In this document: positions 40,217-49,817 of the stretch, piece by piece
Layout of the letters: the number at the start of each line of letters is the position of its first letter
How positions within the stretch are numbered: the stretch's first letter is position 1
Source: an uncultured archaeon
Lineage (GTDB): Archaea; Asgardarchaeota; Lokiarchaeia; Sigyniarchaeales; SOKP01
DNA: 64,000 nt
Assembly (NCBI GenBank): GCA_964486045.1
Contig: CAZALK010000005.1
Coordinates: forward strand, 96,001 to 160,000
Direction: 5' to 3'
Translations under genes and position numbers: made by a program
The notes under the pieces: model-generated
What the model saw: only the letters and a program-made list of their open reading frames with translations
The model's database searches: none
Told to the model about the DNA's origin: nothing

Positions 40217-40552
40217 TTAAGATAAAGTATCATAGATGTCTTGATCTCTTATATGCTTAAATTTTTTTTTATTAATATCCAGTGCAATTGTATTTATTGT
40301 CTTTATGAGGTTAAGAATTTCATTATTTTCAATTTTGTAGTATTTGATATTATCTCTTTTCTCAAAGTCGATGAAATTATTCTCTATTAGCATATTTAGA
40401 TGTTTAGAAATTGTTGATTGAGATCTGTCCAAAGCTAACTTAATTTCTAAGGCAGTTTTTTCACTGTTCTGTAAAAGACTTATTATATCTAATCTTGTTG
40501 GATCACCAAGTACCTTCAAGAACTCAACAGTGTATTTTCGTAATTCGCTCAT
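40217..40552 (-). CDS. ArsR/SmtB-family transcription regulator
   Basis: LKVLGDPTRLDII, SQSTISKHL, wing with YYKI. Confidence 0.9.
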   Translation of the reverse strand: MSELRKYTVEFLKVLGDPTRLDIISLLQNSEKTALEIKLALDRSQSTISKHLNMLIENNFIDFEKRDNIKYYKIENNEILNLIKTINTIALDINKKKFKHIRDQDIYDTLS

Positions 40553-40682
40553 TCAACCGTAACACCATTTTATGAGATAATTCTTTTTTTTGGCTTTTAA
40601 ACCTTATTTTAATGGATTATTAATTGTTCCTTATTAATACGAAAATCACAAAGATTTAAATATTATATTATCGTAATACAAC

Positions 40683-40704
40683 TATATCGTCATATCGCGA
40701 TATA
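40683..40704. promoter_or_regulatory. Putative operator, 7-8-7 inverted repeat in the divergent arsR/lrp intergenic region
   Basis: tatatcg-tcatatcg-cgatata, overlapping the palindrome atatcgcgatat. Confidence 0.45.
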
Positions 40705-40746
40705 TGAATATCACTTTTAATTTAAATCTAAAAAGAGATAAAAAAA

Positions 40747-41217
40747 ATGATTAGTGAAAAAATTGGAATAGATTCTATCGATTGTCAGATAATGGATTTA
40801 ATTCAAAAGTCTCCAAATCTCACACATACTGAAATTGCTACACATGTAAACCGTAGTCAACCTACAGTTGGTATGCGGATTAGGAAACTTGAGAAATTAG
40901 GTGTTTTAAAGTACCAGGCAGGAATTAATATTAGGATTGCAAATCTTTGTTTTGCTAGAGTAGAACTTCAGACTAAAAATCCAAAAAAGGCAATAGAGAT
41001 TGTTAACCGCTGTCCTAATATGATTAACGCGCTTAAATTGAGCGGAAGTACAAATCTAAGCATTTTATTAGCTGGTACAAATTATAAACTCCTCGATGAT
41101 ATTGTTAATGTATATTTTAGAGATGATCCTGATGTTATACACGTCCATATTGATATAATTGAAGATGTTGTCAATGATTTCGTTTTACCGATTGATTATA
41201 ATCTTGTAGCTGGATAA
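40747..41217 (+). CDS. Lrp/AsnC-family regulator, paralog 1
   Basis: HTH LTHTEIA...SQPTVGMRIRKL; RAM domain with CPNMINALKLSG. Confidence 0.9.
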   Translation: MISEKIGIDSIDCQIMDLIQKSPNLTHTEIATHVNRSQPTVGMRIRKLEKLGVLKYQAGINIRIANLCFARVELQTKNPKKAIEIVNRCPNMINALKLSGSTNLSILLAGTNYKLLDDIVNVYFRDDPDVIHVHIDIIEDVVNDFVLPIDYNLVAG

Positions 41218-41323
41218 TATGATTAAATAAAATGCTAAATTTTTCATCATACATTATTGAGTTAAAAATAAATCTGGATTACTAACAATCAGATAAATTT
41301 TATTTTTGCTAAATTATTATGTT

Positions 41324-41575
41324 CTAATCTATAATAATCGCTCTTAATTTGCATGCTGTAGTACACATATGACATTTTACACAGCGATCTTCACGATCCT
41401 CTACAACAGTACACTTAGGAATAGAATCTTTATTAACAACTTCATATATTCCCCTGAAACAAGCCTCCTCGCAATAAAAATCCCTGCAAGTAACGCACTT
41501 ACTTACATCAATGTGATGAAATTTGTAACTCTCGATAACACTCTGATCTTCTGCTTTACTCATATAAGTAATCAT
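41324..41575 (-). CDS. Ferredoxin (2x4Fe-4S type)
   Basis: CVTCRDFYCEEAC and CVKCHMCTTAC. Confidence 0.85.
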   Translation of the reverse strand: MITYMSKAEDQSVIESYKFHHIDVSKCVTCRDFYCEEACFRGIYEVVNKDSIPKCTVVEDREDRCVKCHMCTTACKLRAIIID

Positions 41576-41856
41576 AGAAAAATAGACATTTATCTATTTA
41601 GGTTTTAGAGTATAAGGCTTTTTCTACTAGATAATATAAAACAGAAAAAGAGGAATAAATTGATTTTTATATTTTAAATCAAAAATTATGGGAATGCTTT
41701 CCCCTATTAGATTTTGTTATTTTTTGAATATTTCGATTTGTTTTTCAATTGATCCATAATTTTAAATTTTTTTATTCACTTTTCAGTTCACCTTATTTTT
41801 ACTGCATAACATGAATTAAGATATTTTAGGTGAAATAGATTTTAGAATTTCGAGCA

Positions 41857-42075
41857 TTGAGAGTAATGGGTTATTTAAATAGGTTTATTTACCTAATATT
41901 TTATATATCAGCTATAATCCTTTTATATGATGAGCATTCACTGGAGTATTTAGGGAAAGAATTCTATAATCCTATTTTGGGGATAGGGTTTGTTGTTCTG
42001 GGGATTACTATTTTCTTCCTTTCCTTTGTTAAGGATATCTATCAATACCTTAAAGATAGAAACCCCAACTGGTAG
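41857..42075 (+). CDS. Small two-TM hypothetical protein
   Basis: 72-aa ORF with two hydrophobic segments. Confidence 0.45.
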   Translation: MRVMGYLNRFIYLIFYISAIILLYDEHSLEYLGKEFYNPILGIGFVVLGITIFFLSFVKDIYQYLKDRNPNW

Positions 42076-42181
42076 TAATTATGCTTTCCAAAGCCTAATT
42101 TTCACACATATTGCTTTAATTGGATTTTTAGATACCTGTCGGAAATATAAAGAAATTTTTCTTTAGATTTAAAGAAGAATT

Positions 42182-42691
42182 TCATTCATGACTATGGTCT
42201 TCATTGCATACTGGGCAACTTTTGGTGTGCTCGATATTAAAATTTAACGGTAGTACTAAATCATCTGCCACATCAATAATGAGGGACATTTGGACTTTTG
42301 CAACAGCCGGGTTTCTTCTAAAATGATGATTTACTATCCGTTCAAGAATACTGAGATTTAACCCAACAATAATAATGCTAATATTCGCATCTCCACTTAA
42401 ATTGAAAGCGTTTAACATGCACGGACACTTATTAACCATTTCAAATGATTCTTGGGGATTATTAGTTTGGATATCAACCCTTGCAAAGCATAAATCCCGA
42501 TTCTTAAGTGTAATGCCTGCTTGATATTTCAAAACTCCTAAATTCTCAAGTTTTTTAATTCGCATCCCTATAGTTGGCTGACTACGATTCACGTGCTCAG
42601 CGATTTGAGCGTGGGTAAGATTTGGCGACGTCTGGACTAAATCCATTATCTGACAGTCAATTTCATCAATTCCTAGACTTTCACTTAACAT
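42182..42691 (-). CDS. Lrp/AsnC-family regulator, paralog 2 (Cys/His tail)
   Basis: SQPTIGMRIKKL, CPCMLNAFNLSG, tail SCPVCNEDHSHE. Confidence 0.9.
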   Translation of the reverse strand: MLSESLGIDEIDCQIMDLVQTSPNLTHAQIAEHVNRSQPTIGMRIKKLENLGVLKYQAGITLKNRDLCFARVDIQTNNPQESFEMVNKCPCMLNAFNLSGDANISIIIVGLNLSILERIVNHHFRRNPAVAKVQMSLIIDVADDLVLPLNFNIEHTKSCPVCNEDHSHE

Positions 42692-42912
42692 ATTTTATCA
42701 CTTCTCTACTGAAATTTTGTAAAAAGCTATAAAAAAGATATAAAATTATCTTTTAGATCCTTACTTTGAAAGAAAATATAATAAAAAATAAAAATTTTTG
42801 GCAAATATCACTTGTTTTTTTGAAATATTCTTACATCCATACAAATTAGTAATGATTGGATTGGAATCGATCATGAAGTAAAATCTCCATTGTTTGATTA
42901 TTACCATGTAAT

Positions 42913-44172
42913 TTACTTTCTATAATCTGTAAGGGGAAGATTGTCTATATCATAAGGAAGAAGGGCATTATCTGGGATAGGATCAATGTAAAGGTTGCGA
43001 AATTTTGGATTTTGCATTCTACAGAAAGTAGCTCGATGATTATAAGCAGGATGACGTACTATTTTTCTCCAAATTTCTCTTAAAGTTTGATTTCGGATAT
43101 TCCCGAAGGATAAAGGGGTAAAATCACAGGGTGCCACATCACCATAGGCAGAAACATAATACTGGATATTTCCTGCCAAACACCCAATTCCACCGAGATA
43201 TCCTTCTATGGAATTTTGCCATGATTGAGAAGAGAGAGGGGGAATTTTACTTTGATTAAAAATTTTAGAAGAAAATTCGCGAATTTCATCACGCTGCTCC
43301 ATGGTAAGCATTTCACTTGTGTCCTTTAACATATTTCCTGTTGGTACACCATCAAAAAGAATTACATTATGGACACCTAACCCCTCAGCAAATTTATATA
43401 ATTTTCTATACATACCCTTTTCTGTACTTGTATGAGTGGCATAGGAAGAAAGACCAACAAATACTCCTTTTGATTTCATCTTCTTAATCCCAGCAACAGC
43501 GGTTTCGAAAAGGCCGGGAGTTTGTCTTAGCTGGTCGTGTTCTTCAGAAATGGGACTGTCAATGCTAACAAAAAGCGAATATAACCCAGCCTTTGCTAAT
43601 TTATCCACATTCTCATCTGTAAGGTACTGCCCATTTGTAAACATGATTGGAACAACCTTTTTTTTATCGACATATGATATAAGATCAAAAATATCTTCAC
43701 GCAGTAAAGGTTCCCCTCCTGTGAACGCAAGTATTGAAACACCAAGGTTTTGACTGTCATCAATAAGTTTTTTAGCTTCCGCAGTGGTAAGTTCTTTCTT
43801 GTCCTTCCTAAAATGCCTTCCCGCACTACAATGGACACAATTACATTGACATCTATAGGTAACGGCAAATGTCATCGCAACTGGAAAAGGATAACGAAAA
43901 ATTCGACCTTTAATTGCAGCTTTCATCAAACGATACATTGGACGACTCCCAACTGGTGGCGCAAATGTGTTTGAAACTCTTTTACCATTCCATTTACCTA
44001 AATTCTTATAACTTCTATAGAATTTTGCCTGAATCATTAGCATGGTGAAGAATCCTAATTTATCAATAATCGGATTCAAAACACCAGTACCTATTATTTC
44101 TCCAGTTCCAAGCTTTTTAAAACTAATAAGTTTTCTACCAAATAGTTTTAAATAAATCTTTTCTCGCTCCAT
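42913..44172 (-). CDS. Radical SAM enzyme with SPASM/twitch domain
   Basis: CQCNCVHC, TGGEPL, FTNG, VSID; GCLAG...YGDVAPCDF...FC. Confidence 0.92.
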   Translation of the reverse strand: MEREKIYLKLFGRKLISFKKLGTGEIIGTGVLNPIIDKLGFFTMLMIQAKFYRSYKNLGKWNGKRVSNTFAPPVGSRPMYRLMKAAIKGRIFRYPFPVAMTFAVTYRCQCNCVHCSAGRHFRKDKKELTTAEAKKLIDDSQNLGVSILAFTGGEPLLREDIFDLISYVDKKKVVPIMFTNGQYLTDENVDKLAKAGLYSLFVSIDSPISEEHDQLRQTPGLFETAVAGIKKMKSKGVFVGLSSYATHTSTEKGMYRKLYKFAEGLGVHNVILFDGVPTGNMLKDTSEMLTMEQRDEIREFSSKIFNQSKIPPLSSQSWQNSIEGYLGGIGCLAGNIQYYVSAYGDVAPCDFTPLSFGNIRNQTLREIWRKIVRHPAYNHRATFCRMQNPKFRNLYIDPIPDNALLPYDIDNLPLTDYRK

Positions 44173-44495
44173 GAAAAATTAAACCTTAATAGTTAGTGTG
44201 TTATTTAAAATTTTGAAAAAATAGTCGATGATATCGTAATATTTTGCTCATTTAATATTAAAATCTTTTTATTCAAAAATATAAAGCTAATCATTTAACG
44301 ATTTTATAATTAGCTCTTTTCATTCCAACAACCATTTTTTGGATTCGTCAAACTCTTACATCTTAGAAATTGTACAAAGACAACTTCTTTATCAGACGAC
44401 TGAAGACTAATTTTTTATAAATTTGTCCTAATATTTTATAAGTTGTATTAATTATACATAATTATAGGAGAAAAAATACCTTTTATTAAAATAAA

Positions 44496-45050
44496 ATGAT
44501 TTCTACTAAATTAAAACTCGATGATATTGATAGGCAAATAATTTCACTTGTTCAAGAGAATCCAGCTCTAACACATACGGAAATAGCGTCAAGAATAAAT
44601 AGGTCTCAACCTACTGTCGGAATGCGGATAAAAAAGCTGGAAAAAAGTGGAATTTTACAGTTTCAACCCGGAATCAATTTTAAGAAGGTTGACTTACATT
44701 TAGCGACTGTTGAATTAAAGACCAAGAATCCCGACCGGATTATGGATATGGCAAAACACTGTCCATTCATGTTAAATGCGTTTAAATTAAGCGGGGACCA
44801 TAATATCTGTATTTTACTTGCGAGTTCTAAGCTTCAGAAATTAGATATTGTTGTAAATTACCATTTCCGGAACAATTCCGAGGTACAGAATACCTCAATG
44901 GAACTCGTTATTGATATTGCTAAGGATTTCATTTTGCCTATTGATTTTGACTCAGAAGACCACGATCCTACAATTGAGGAAGGCTGCGGTAAAATGTGTA
45001 AATTCAAAATCGCTCAAGAAAAAGGATTAGTACAAGCTTCAGGAGACTAA
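44496..45050 (+). CDS. Lrp/AsnC-family regulator, paralog 3 (Cys tail)
   Basis: SQPTVGMRIKKL, CPFMLNAFKLSG, tail GCGKMC. Confidence 0.9.
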   Translation: MISTKLKLDDIDRQIISLVQENPALTHTEIASRINRSQPTVGMRIKKLEKSGILQFQPGINFKKVDLHLATVELKTKNPDRIMDMAKHCPFMLNAFKLSGDHNICILLASSKLQKLDIVVNYHFRNNSEVQNTSMELVIDIAKDFILPIDFDSEDHDPTIEEGCGKMCKFKIAQEKGLVQASGD

Positions 45051-45131
45051 TCTTTTTTTAATACCTCTCATTTTTATTTTTTTTGAAGTTAAGGCAATTA
45101 TTTTATTTTTTCAAAAAAAGATACTACTTAT

Positions 45132-45692
45132 TTATAATTCTTTTTCTTGATTGAATTTAAATTTTGGCAAGTCGCCTTTCATTTGGCAATTTGGACCGCA
45201 ATGTCTTCCGTCAAAATCTTCAATCTGAAAATCTATTGGTACAACAAAATCATGGATGCTTTCTATTAAGATATTTGTTTTAACGTTGATCACATTTTTA
45301 TCTCTTCGAAAGCATAAATCAACGAGTTTTTCAATTGTTTGTAAATCTGAGGCCGAGATAAAGCAAAGAACATTAAATTCCCCTGAGATTTTGAATGCGT
45401 GGTTAATAAATGGACAGTTTTCAATTTTTTTAACAATTTCTTCAACATCTTTTGTAGACACATACACTATAGCTACTTTTATATCAACCTGTTTAACATT
45501 GAAACCAACCATTTTTGTCAGTAAATGTTTTCTCTCCAGCTTGATAATCCGGGCGCCCACAGCAGGCTGAGATTTCTCTATTTCTTTGGCTATATCGGAG
45601 TGGGTGATGTCTGGATCGGCCTCGATCATCTCGATGATTTTTTTATCAGCTTCATCTATTTTTAACAATTCGTTAAAACTTTTTTTCTTCAT
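45132..45692 (-). CDS. Lrp/AsnC-family regulator, paralog 4 (Cys tail)
   Basis: SQPAVGARIIKL, CPFINHAFKISG, tail HCGPNC. Confidence 0.9.
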   Translation of the reverse strand: MKKKSFNELLKIDEADKKIIEMIEADPDITHSDIAKEIEKSQPAVGARIIKLERKHLLTKMVGFNVKQVDIKVAIVYVSTKDVEEIVKKIENCPFINHAFKISGEFNVLCFISASDLQTIEKLVDLCFRRDKNVINVKTNILIESIHDFVVPIDFQIEDFDGRHCGPNCQMKGDLPKFKFNQEKEL

Positions 45693-45909
45693 GTCTATGG
45701 TTTGGTAACAAATTTATAATTAAAAATTTGAGCACTATTAATTGAAATCTTAATAAATATGTTAATTTAGTGTAATAAGATGAATCATAAATTTGATTCT
45801 TTTTTATAAGTATTATAATTATAAATATTAAAAAGCTTTAGTAGATTTTGATTACGACTCATGGAAAAAAAGGTTGTTGGTTGAAACTCATCTAAGAGTG
45901 AAGATAGTC

Positions 45910-46872
45910 TTATAGGATATTTGTAAAAATATTGATAATTATAATCACTATAATGAACCCTACTAGCCCTATTATAAATTTTGTTGGATCTCCCTTTTCC
46001 TTTTCTGGGATAACTTCACGAACAATTACATATAGAATTACACCAGATATAAAAGAATAGAAGATAAACAGGAGTTCCAGGCTAATAGGGATGAAGGAAT
46101 TCATTAGTATTCCTACAAATATACCCACAAAAGCGGCGGTTGATTGTATGTATTTAATTACTGGTCGATGTTCGTGTTCTGCTTCTTCATAAATTTCCAA
46201 ATCTGTAAAAATTATGTGACGTTCAGATCTTCTTGAGACTAGCGCTCTAAAAAAAGCATAAATGAAGAAAAGTATTCCTGTTATTATAGTTTCTAGAGAT
46301 AGTAATCCAATAATGATTATTCCAACCAGAAAATGGTAAATGTAATCTGTAATTAACCTAAATTCATGTAAATCTTTATTAATATGGTTCTGAATTTTTG
46401 CTTTATATATATTTATTTCAGTTTTCATTTCTTCTTCTTGATCAATCAATGCTGTTAAAGATTGAGCTATATCCTTTAGGGCATCTTCATCTAATTTATC
46501 GTTCCTTATTTCTCTAGTAAGGATTCTTTCCATATTATGTTCAACAGTTTCTAGTGTCTCTTCTTTCGTAAGTAATTTTCGCATTTTTTTTTGAGTTCCA
46601 GATTCAACTTTTTGTAAAATTAATTTCTCAGTAATATGTATAAAAACAAAACCAACCAGCACGAATAAATATTCAAATAATTCCAAATCAAAAGGAGATT
46701 CTGGTAATCTCACACTAATTTCTGGGAGCACAATAAGGAAAAAGTAAACTATAGATATCCCAGCGATGTAAGAGCCATGTATTCGGATGAGTTTATGTTC
46801 AAAATAATCCGTGAGGAAGAATAAAGTCCCAAAAAATATTGCGAGAAGTATAACAACAAAATCGACAGACAT
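45910..46872 (-). CDS. ZIP-like metal transporter with a coiled-coil insertion
   Basis: AGISIVYFFLIVLPE and SGVILYVIVREVIPE resemble ZIP TM2/TM7 motifs; a ~90-aa charged helical insert. Confidence 0.6.
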   Translation of the reverse strand: MSVDFVVILLAIFFGTLFFLTDYFEHKLIRIHGSYIAGISIVYFFLIVLPEISVRLPESPFDLELFEYLFVLVGFVFIHITEKLILQKVESGTQKKMRKLLTKEETLETVEHNMERILTREIRNDKLDEDALKDIAQSLTALIDQEEEMKTEINIYKAKIQNHINKDLHEFRLITDYIYHFLVGIIIIGLLSLETIITGILFFIYAFFRALVSRRSERHIIFTDLEIYEEAEHEHRPVIKYIQSTAAFVGIFVGILMNSFIPISLELLFIFYSFISGVILYVIVREVIPEKEKGDPTKFIIGLVGFIIVIIIINIFTNIL

Positions 46873-46984
46873 AACTTGTATTAATTTTTAGGTTTTTAAA
46901 GGTTTTACAACAATTTCAAAATAAAGGTATAAATTCTATGCTAATTTTGATAAATACATTGAAAAGTAGTAATTAGGTTGGTGA

Positions 46985-47893
46985 ATGAGTATTCAATTCT
47001 TAATTATCACATCAAAAGAAGATAAAGCTTCAATAAATATCAGGAATAATTTGTTAAATTCAAAATATTATAATTTTGAAGAATTTGATTCTTTATGGCA
47101 TGATCATCCTGTTTTTAAATTAACCGAATTAGCCGCTAACGATGAGGAACAATCCAATCTAGAAAAGACTGATGTATATCTTGGCTTGACCAAGGAACCT
47201 CTAATCTTTCTAAACGATTTAAGATTAGAAGAATCGATGATAAGTCCTGACTTCCTAATTTTTGCCAGCCGACATACTTCAAAAACTGCTCAACCTGCCT
47301 TTTTAGTGCATACAACCGGAAATTGGGTTCAAAATACTGATTTTGGGGGTGATCCCCATTCATTATCTTTAACAAGTGCCTTGTTACATAAGGCAGGATT
47401 TATTTCATTTATTGAAAAAGAGTTACCACCTACAATCTCCGATTTCACGTTTGATATAGAAGTTACACATCATGGACCCACTACATTAGAAATTCCGTTG
47501 ATATTCATGGAATTAGGAAGTAGTAAGGCAGAATGGGGTATTGATGATGCAGGTGAATCAGTAGCAACTGTAATTATTGAAACAATTTATAAGTATTTAA
47601 AATTCAAAAAAGAAAGGGACCTGAAGATATGTTTAGGCTTCGGTGGAACACATTATGGGCCAAACTTTCGTAGACTAATAGAGAATACAGATCTAGCTAT
47701 GTCTTTCATCTGTCCTAAGTATTATGTTCAAGATTTAGATCGCGAAATGATATTAAAAATGATTCAAAATACTTTCGAAAAAGTTGATTATTTTCTCATA
47801 GATTGGAAGGGGACAAATTCTGCAGATAAAAAGCATCTTATTCCCTTATTAGAAGAGTTTGACATCCAAATTAAAAAAACCAAGGACTTTTAA
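46985..47893 (+). CDS. dtdA: D-aminoacyl-tRNA deacylase, archaeal DtdA/GEK1 type
   Basis: SRH, HTTGN, EVTHHGPT, FMELGS, GFGGTHY. Confidence 0.9.
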   Translation: MSIQFLIITSKEDKASINIRNNLLNSKYYNFEEFDSLWHDHPVFKLTELAANDEEQSNLEKTDVYLGLTKEPLIFLNDLRLEESMISPDFLIFASRHTSKTAQPAFLVHTTGNWVQNTDFGGDPHSLSLTSALLHKAGFISFIEKELPPTISDFTFDIEVTHHGPTTLEIPLIFMELGSSKAEWGIDDAGESVATVIIETIYKYLKFKKERDLKICLGFGGTHYGPNFRRLIENTDLAMSFICPKYYVQDLDREMILKMIQNTFEKVDYFLIDWKGTNSADKKHLIPLLEEFDIQIKKTKDF

Positions 47894-47924
47894 AACATCT
47901 TCTTGTGAAAAGATGAATAACAAG

Positions 47925-48794
47925 TTAATTTGCTTCTTCTTTAATCTTTTCATAAAATTTTACTAAATTCTTAAAAACGTAGTGTGTAGGTGTGTATCCT
48001 TGAGTTGCGGATTTAGATAAGACCTTCATAAGAAAATCTTGATGTGTACAATTTTCATCAGGTGTAACATTCAGTTCCCGAATATTATAAAAACTACGCC
48101 AGAATCCGGTTGGAAAGTCTACTAGTGGCTGTAACACTTGGTTATATTGTTTTCTTCCTTGTTGACTTAAAACTAATTCTTTTTTTAGCTCATAGAAATT
48201 ATCTTTACCCTTTTTCTTAATAGTGATTATGCCTTCTGATTTAACTTCCTTCATGATAGTATTTAAGTCAGCAGGCTTAAGACCAGTGATATTCAATTTT
48301 TTCATACTATCGAGAATCTCGGTATCTGTTTGGCCCTTGAGTTTGATTAATGTATAATTTCTAGCCATGATATTGTATTTCATTGGAACTGACGTATGAT
48401 CCATTTTATTATATTGAATTAAATTCCCAAGAATTTGTTTAGCTGTAAGATATTTTAAAACAAGCTGATCATCTTCTGAAAAATCATTTTTAAATAATTC
48501 AGAGTTGAAATAGTTATCATATAGAGTCTGTAACAGTGACTTTATTAAGTGAAATCCGTCTACAACAGCATTTTCAACAATTCTTAGAACCTCAATTCTA
48601 TAATCAATATCATTAAGGAATTTTGTCTTATCAAGAGGGATTTGGCGTATGATGTGGGGTTTGTCATTCAATGGTTTTAAGTATTCATCCCATTTTTTCT
48701 TAAAACGGTAAGATTGTGTTTTTGCTATATTTGAGAGTTTATGAACAACATCTAAAAGTTTTGTTAAAAACTCTTGCTCTGTTACCTTCGTCAA
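47925..48794 (-). CDS. Hypothetical protein, possible internal winged helix
   Basis: 289-aa ORF; LNTIMKEVKSEGII...NFYEL...LSQQGR resembles a wHTH wing. Confidence 0.7.
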   Translation of the reverse strand: MTKVTEQEFLTKLLDVVHKLSNIAKTQSYRFKKKWDEYLKPLNDKPHIIRQIPLDKTKFLNDIDYRIEVLRIVENAVVDGFHLIKSLLQTLYDNYFNSELFKNDFSEDDQLVLKYLTAKQILGNLIQYNKMDHTSVPMKYNIMARNYTLIKLKGQTDTEILDSMKKLNITGLKPADLNTIMKEVKSEGIITIKKKGKDNFYELKKELVLSQQGRKQYNQVLQPLVDFPTGFWRSFYNIRELNVTPDENCTHQDFLMKVLSKSATQGYTPTHYVFKNLVKFYEKIKEEAN

Positions 48795-48974
48795 TTTTTT
48801 TGCTTACCTGACCTGACTGTGCTCAACAGCCTTATTAATTAAATTTTTTCTAACCTAATAATAATATTAAAATCTATAGATTTTTAAATTTTTAAATTAA
48901 ATTGTGAAAACAGAAATAATAATTTCTTTTAATTATTAATTACAATCAAAAATGAAAAAAATAACTATTTACAG

Positions 48975-49373
48975 GTGTTCCTTAAGATTAAACTCGATCA
49001 TGTAGCGGTTGGTTCTAATTCTGAACAAGAAGCTGATAAATTCTTTACTGAATTATTAGGTTTAAAAAAGACTAGATCTTTTACAGTTTCAGCTGACTTA
49101 ATGGAAAGTTTTTTTGGTGTAAAAAACGAGCAGCTAACTATAAGATATGGAGAGGGTAGCTTAAGTTTCGAAGTATTCATTACTAATAATGCCGAGAATG
49201 CCAGAGATACTTTTACCCATCCCTGTTTGTCTATAGAAAACAGAAACGAGTTTCTAAGTAGAGCTACGTCTTTGGGATTTCCCATTATAAAAGTTCCAAG
49301 GAAGGATAGCGACAATTATTATCTTTTTATTAAAGATTTATTTGACAATTTATATGAAATAAAAGAGATCTAA
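48975..49373 (+). CDS. VOC/glyoxalase-family protein
   Basis: LDHVAV, FFTELLG, HPCL, FIKDLFDNLYEI. Confidence 0.85.
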   Translation: MFLKIKLDHVAVGSNSEQEADKFFTELLGLKKTRSFTVSADLMESFFGVKNEQLTIRYGEGSLSFEVFITNNAENARDTFTHPCLSIENRNEFLSRATSLGFPIIKVPRKDSDNYYLFIKDLFDNLYEIKEI

Positions 49374-49386
49374 AAAGTAAGGGCAC

Positions 49387-49815
49387 CTAATCTAAATTAT
49401 TTAAGATGCCAGAACTTTTTATAATATCTTTATGATCGAACGCTAATTTCAATGGGGAAAATTTTGTTAATGGGATAATTTCTAACGCAGCTGCATCATC
49501 TAAAGCTATTGGTTTCTCGTTTTCTGTCAGAGGTTCCCCGAGGAAGGCAATAGAAATATTATGACCTCTTGGGTCACGTTTTGAGTCAGAGAAGACTCCA
49601 ATCAATTTAATTATCTTTATTTTTATATTTGTCTCTTCTCTTGCTTCTCGAATGCACGCATGTTCCACAGTTTCACCAACTTCAACAAAACCATCAGGTA
49701 AAGCTAGTTCCCCTTGAAAAGGTGGGTGTTTTCTCCGTATTAAGACAATATCTTGTTTATTATTCCATAAAATTACCGCATCTACAGCCACGAGTGGAGT
49801 TACTGGTTTTGGCAT
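49387..49815 (-). CDS. NUDIX hydrolase
   Basis: Nudix box GFVEVGETVEHACIREAREET, RDPRGH, LAFDH. Confidence 0.92.
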   Translation of the reverse strand: MPKPVTPLVAVDAVILWNNKQDIVLIRRKHPPFQGELALPDGFVEVGETVEHACIREAREETNIKIKIIKLIGVFSDSKRDPRGHNISIAFLGEPLTENEKPIALDDAAALEIIPLTKFSPLKLAFDHKDIIKSSGILNNLD

Positions 49816-49817
49816 AG

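Noticed and set aside
42849-42905. SECIS-like hairpin (gtaatgatt...gattattac) downstream of the radical SAM gene
   Set aside because: It pairs best on the strand opposite the neighbouring genes, and I found no in-frame UGA at a Cys-equivalent position in nearby redox genes.
41600-44495. RiPP cluster around the radical SAM/SPASM enzyme
   Set aside because: No convincing precursor peptide, PqqD/RRE domain, peptidase or exporter is adjacent; the substrate remains unknown.
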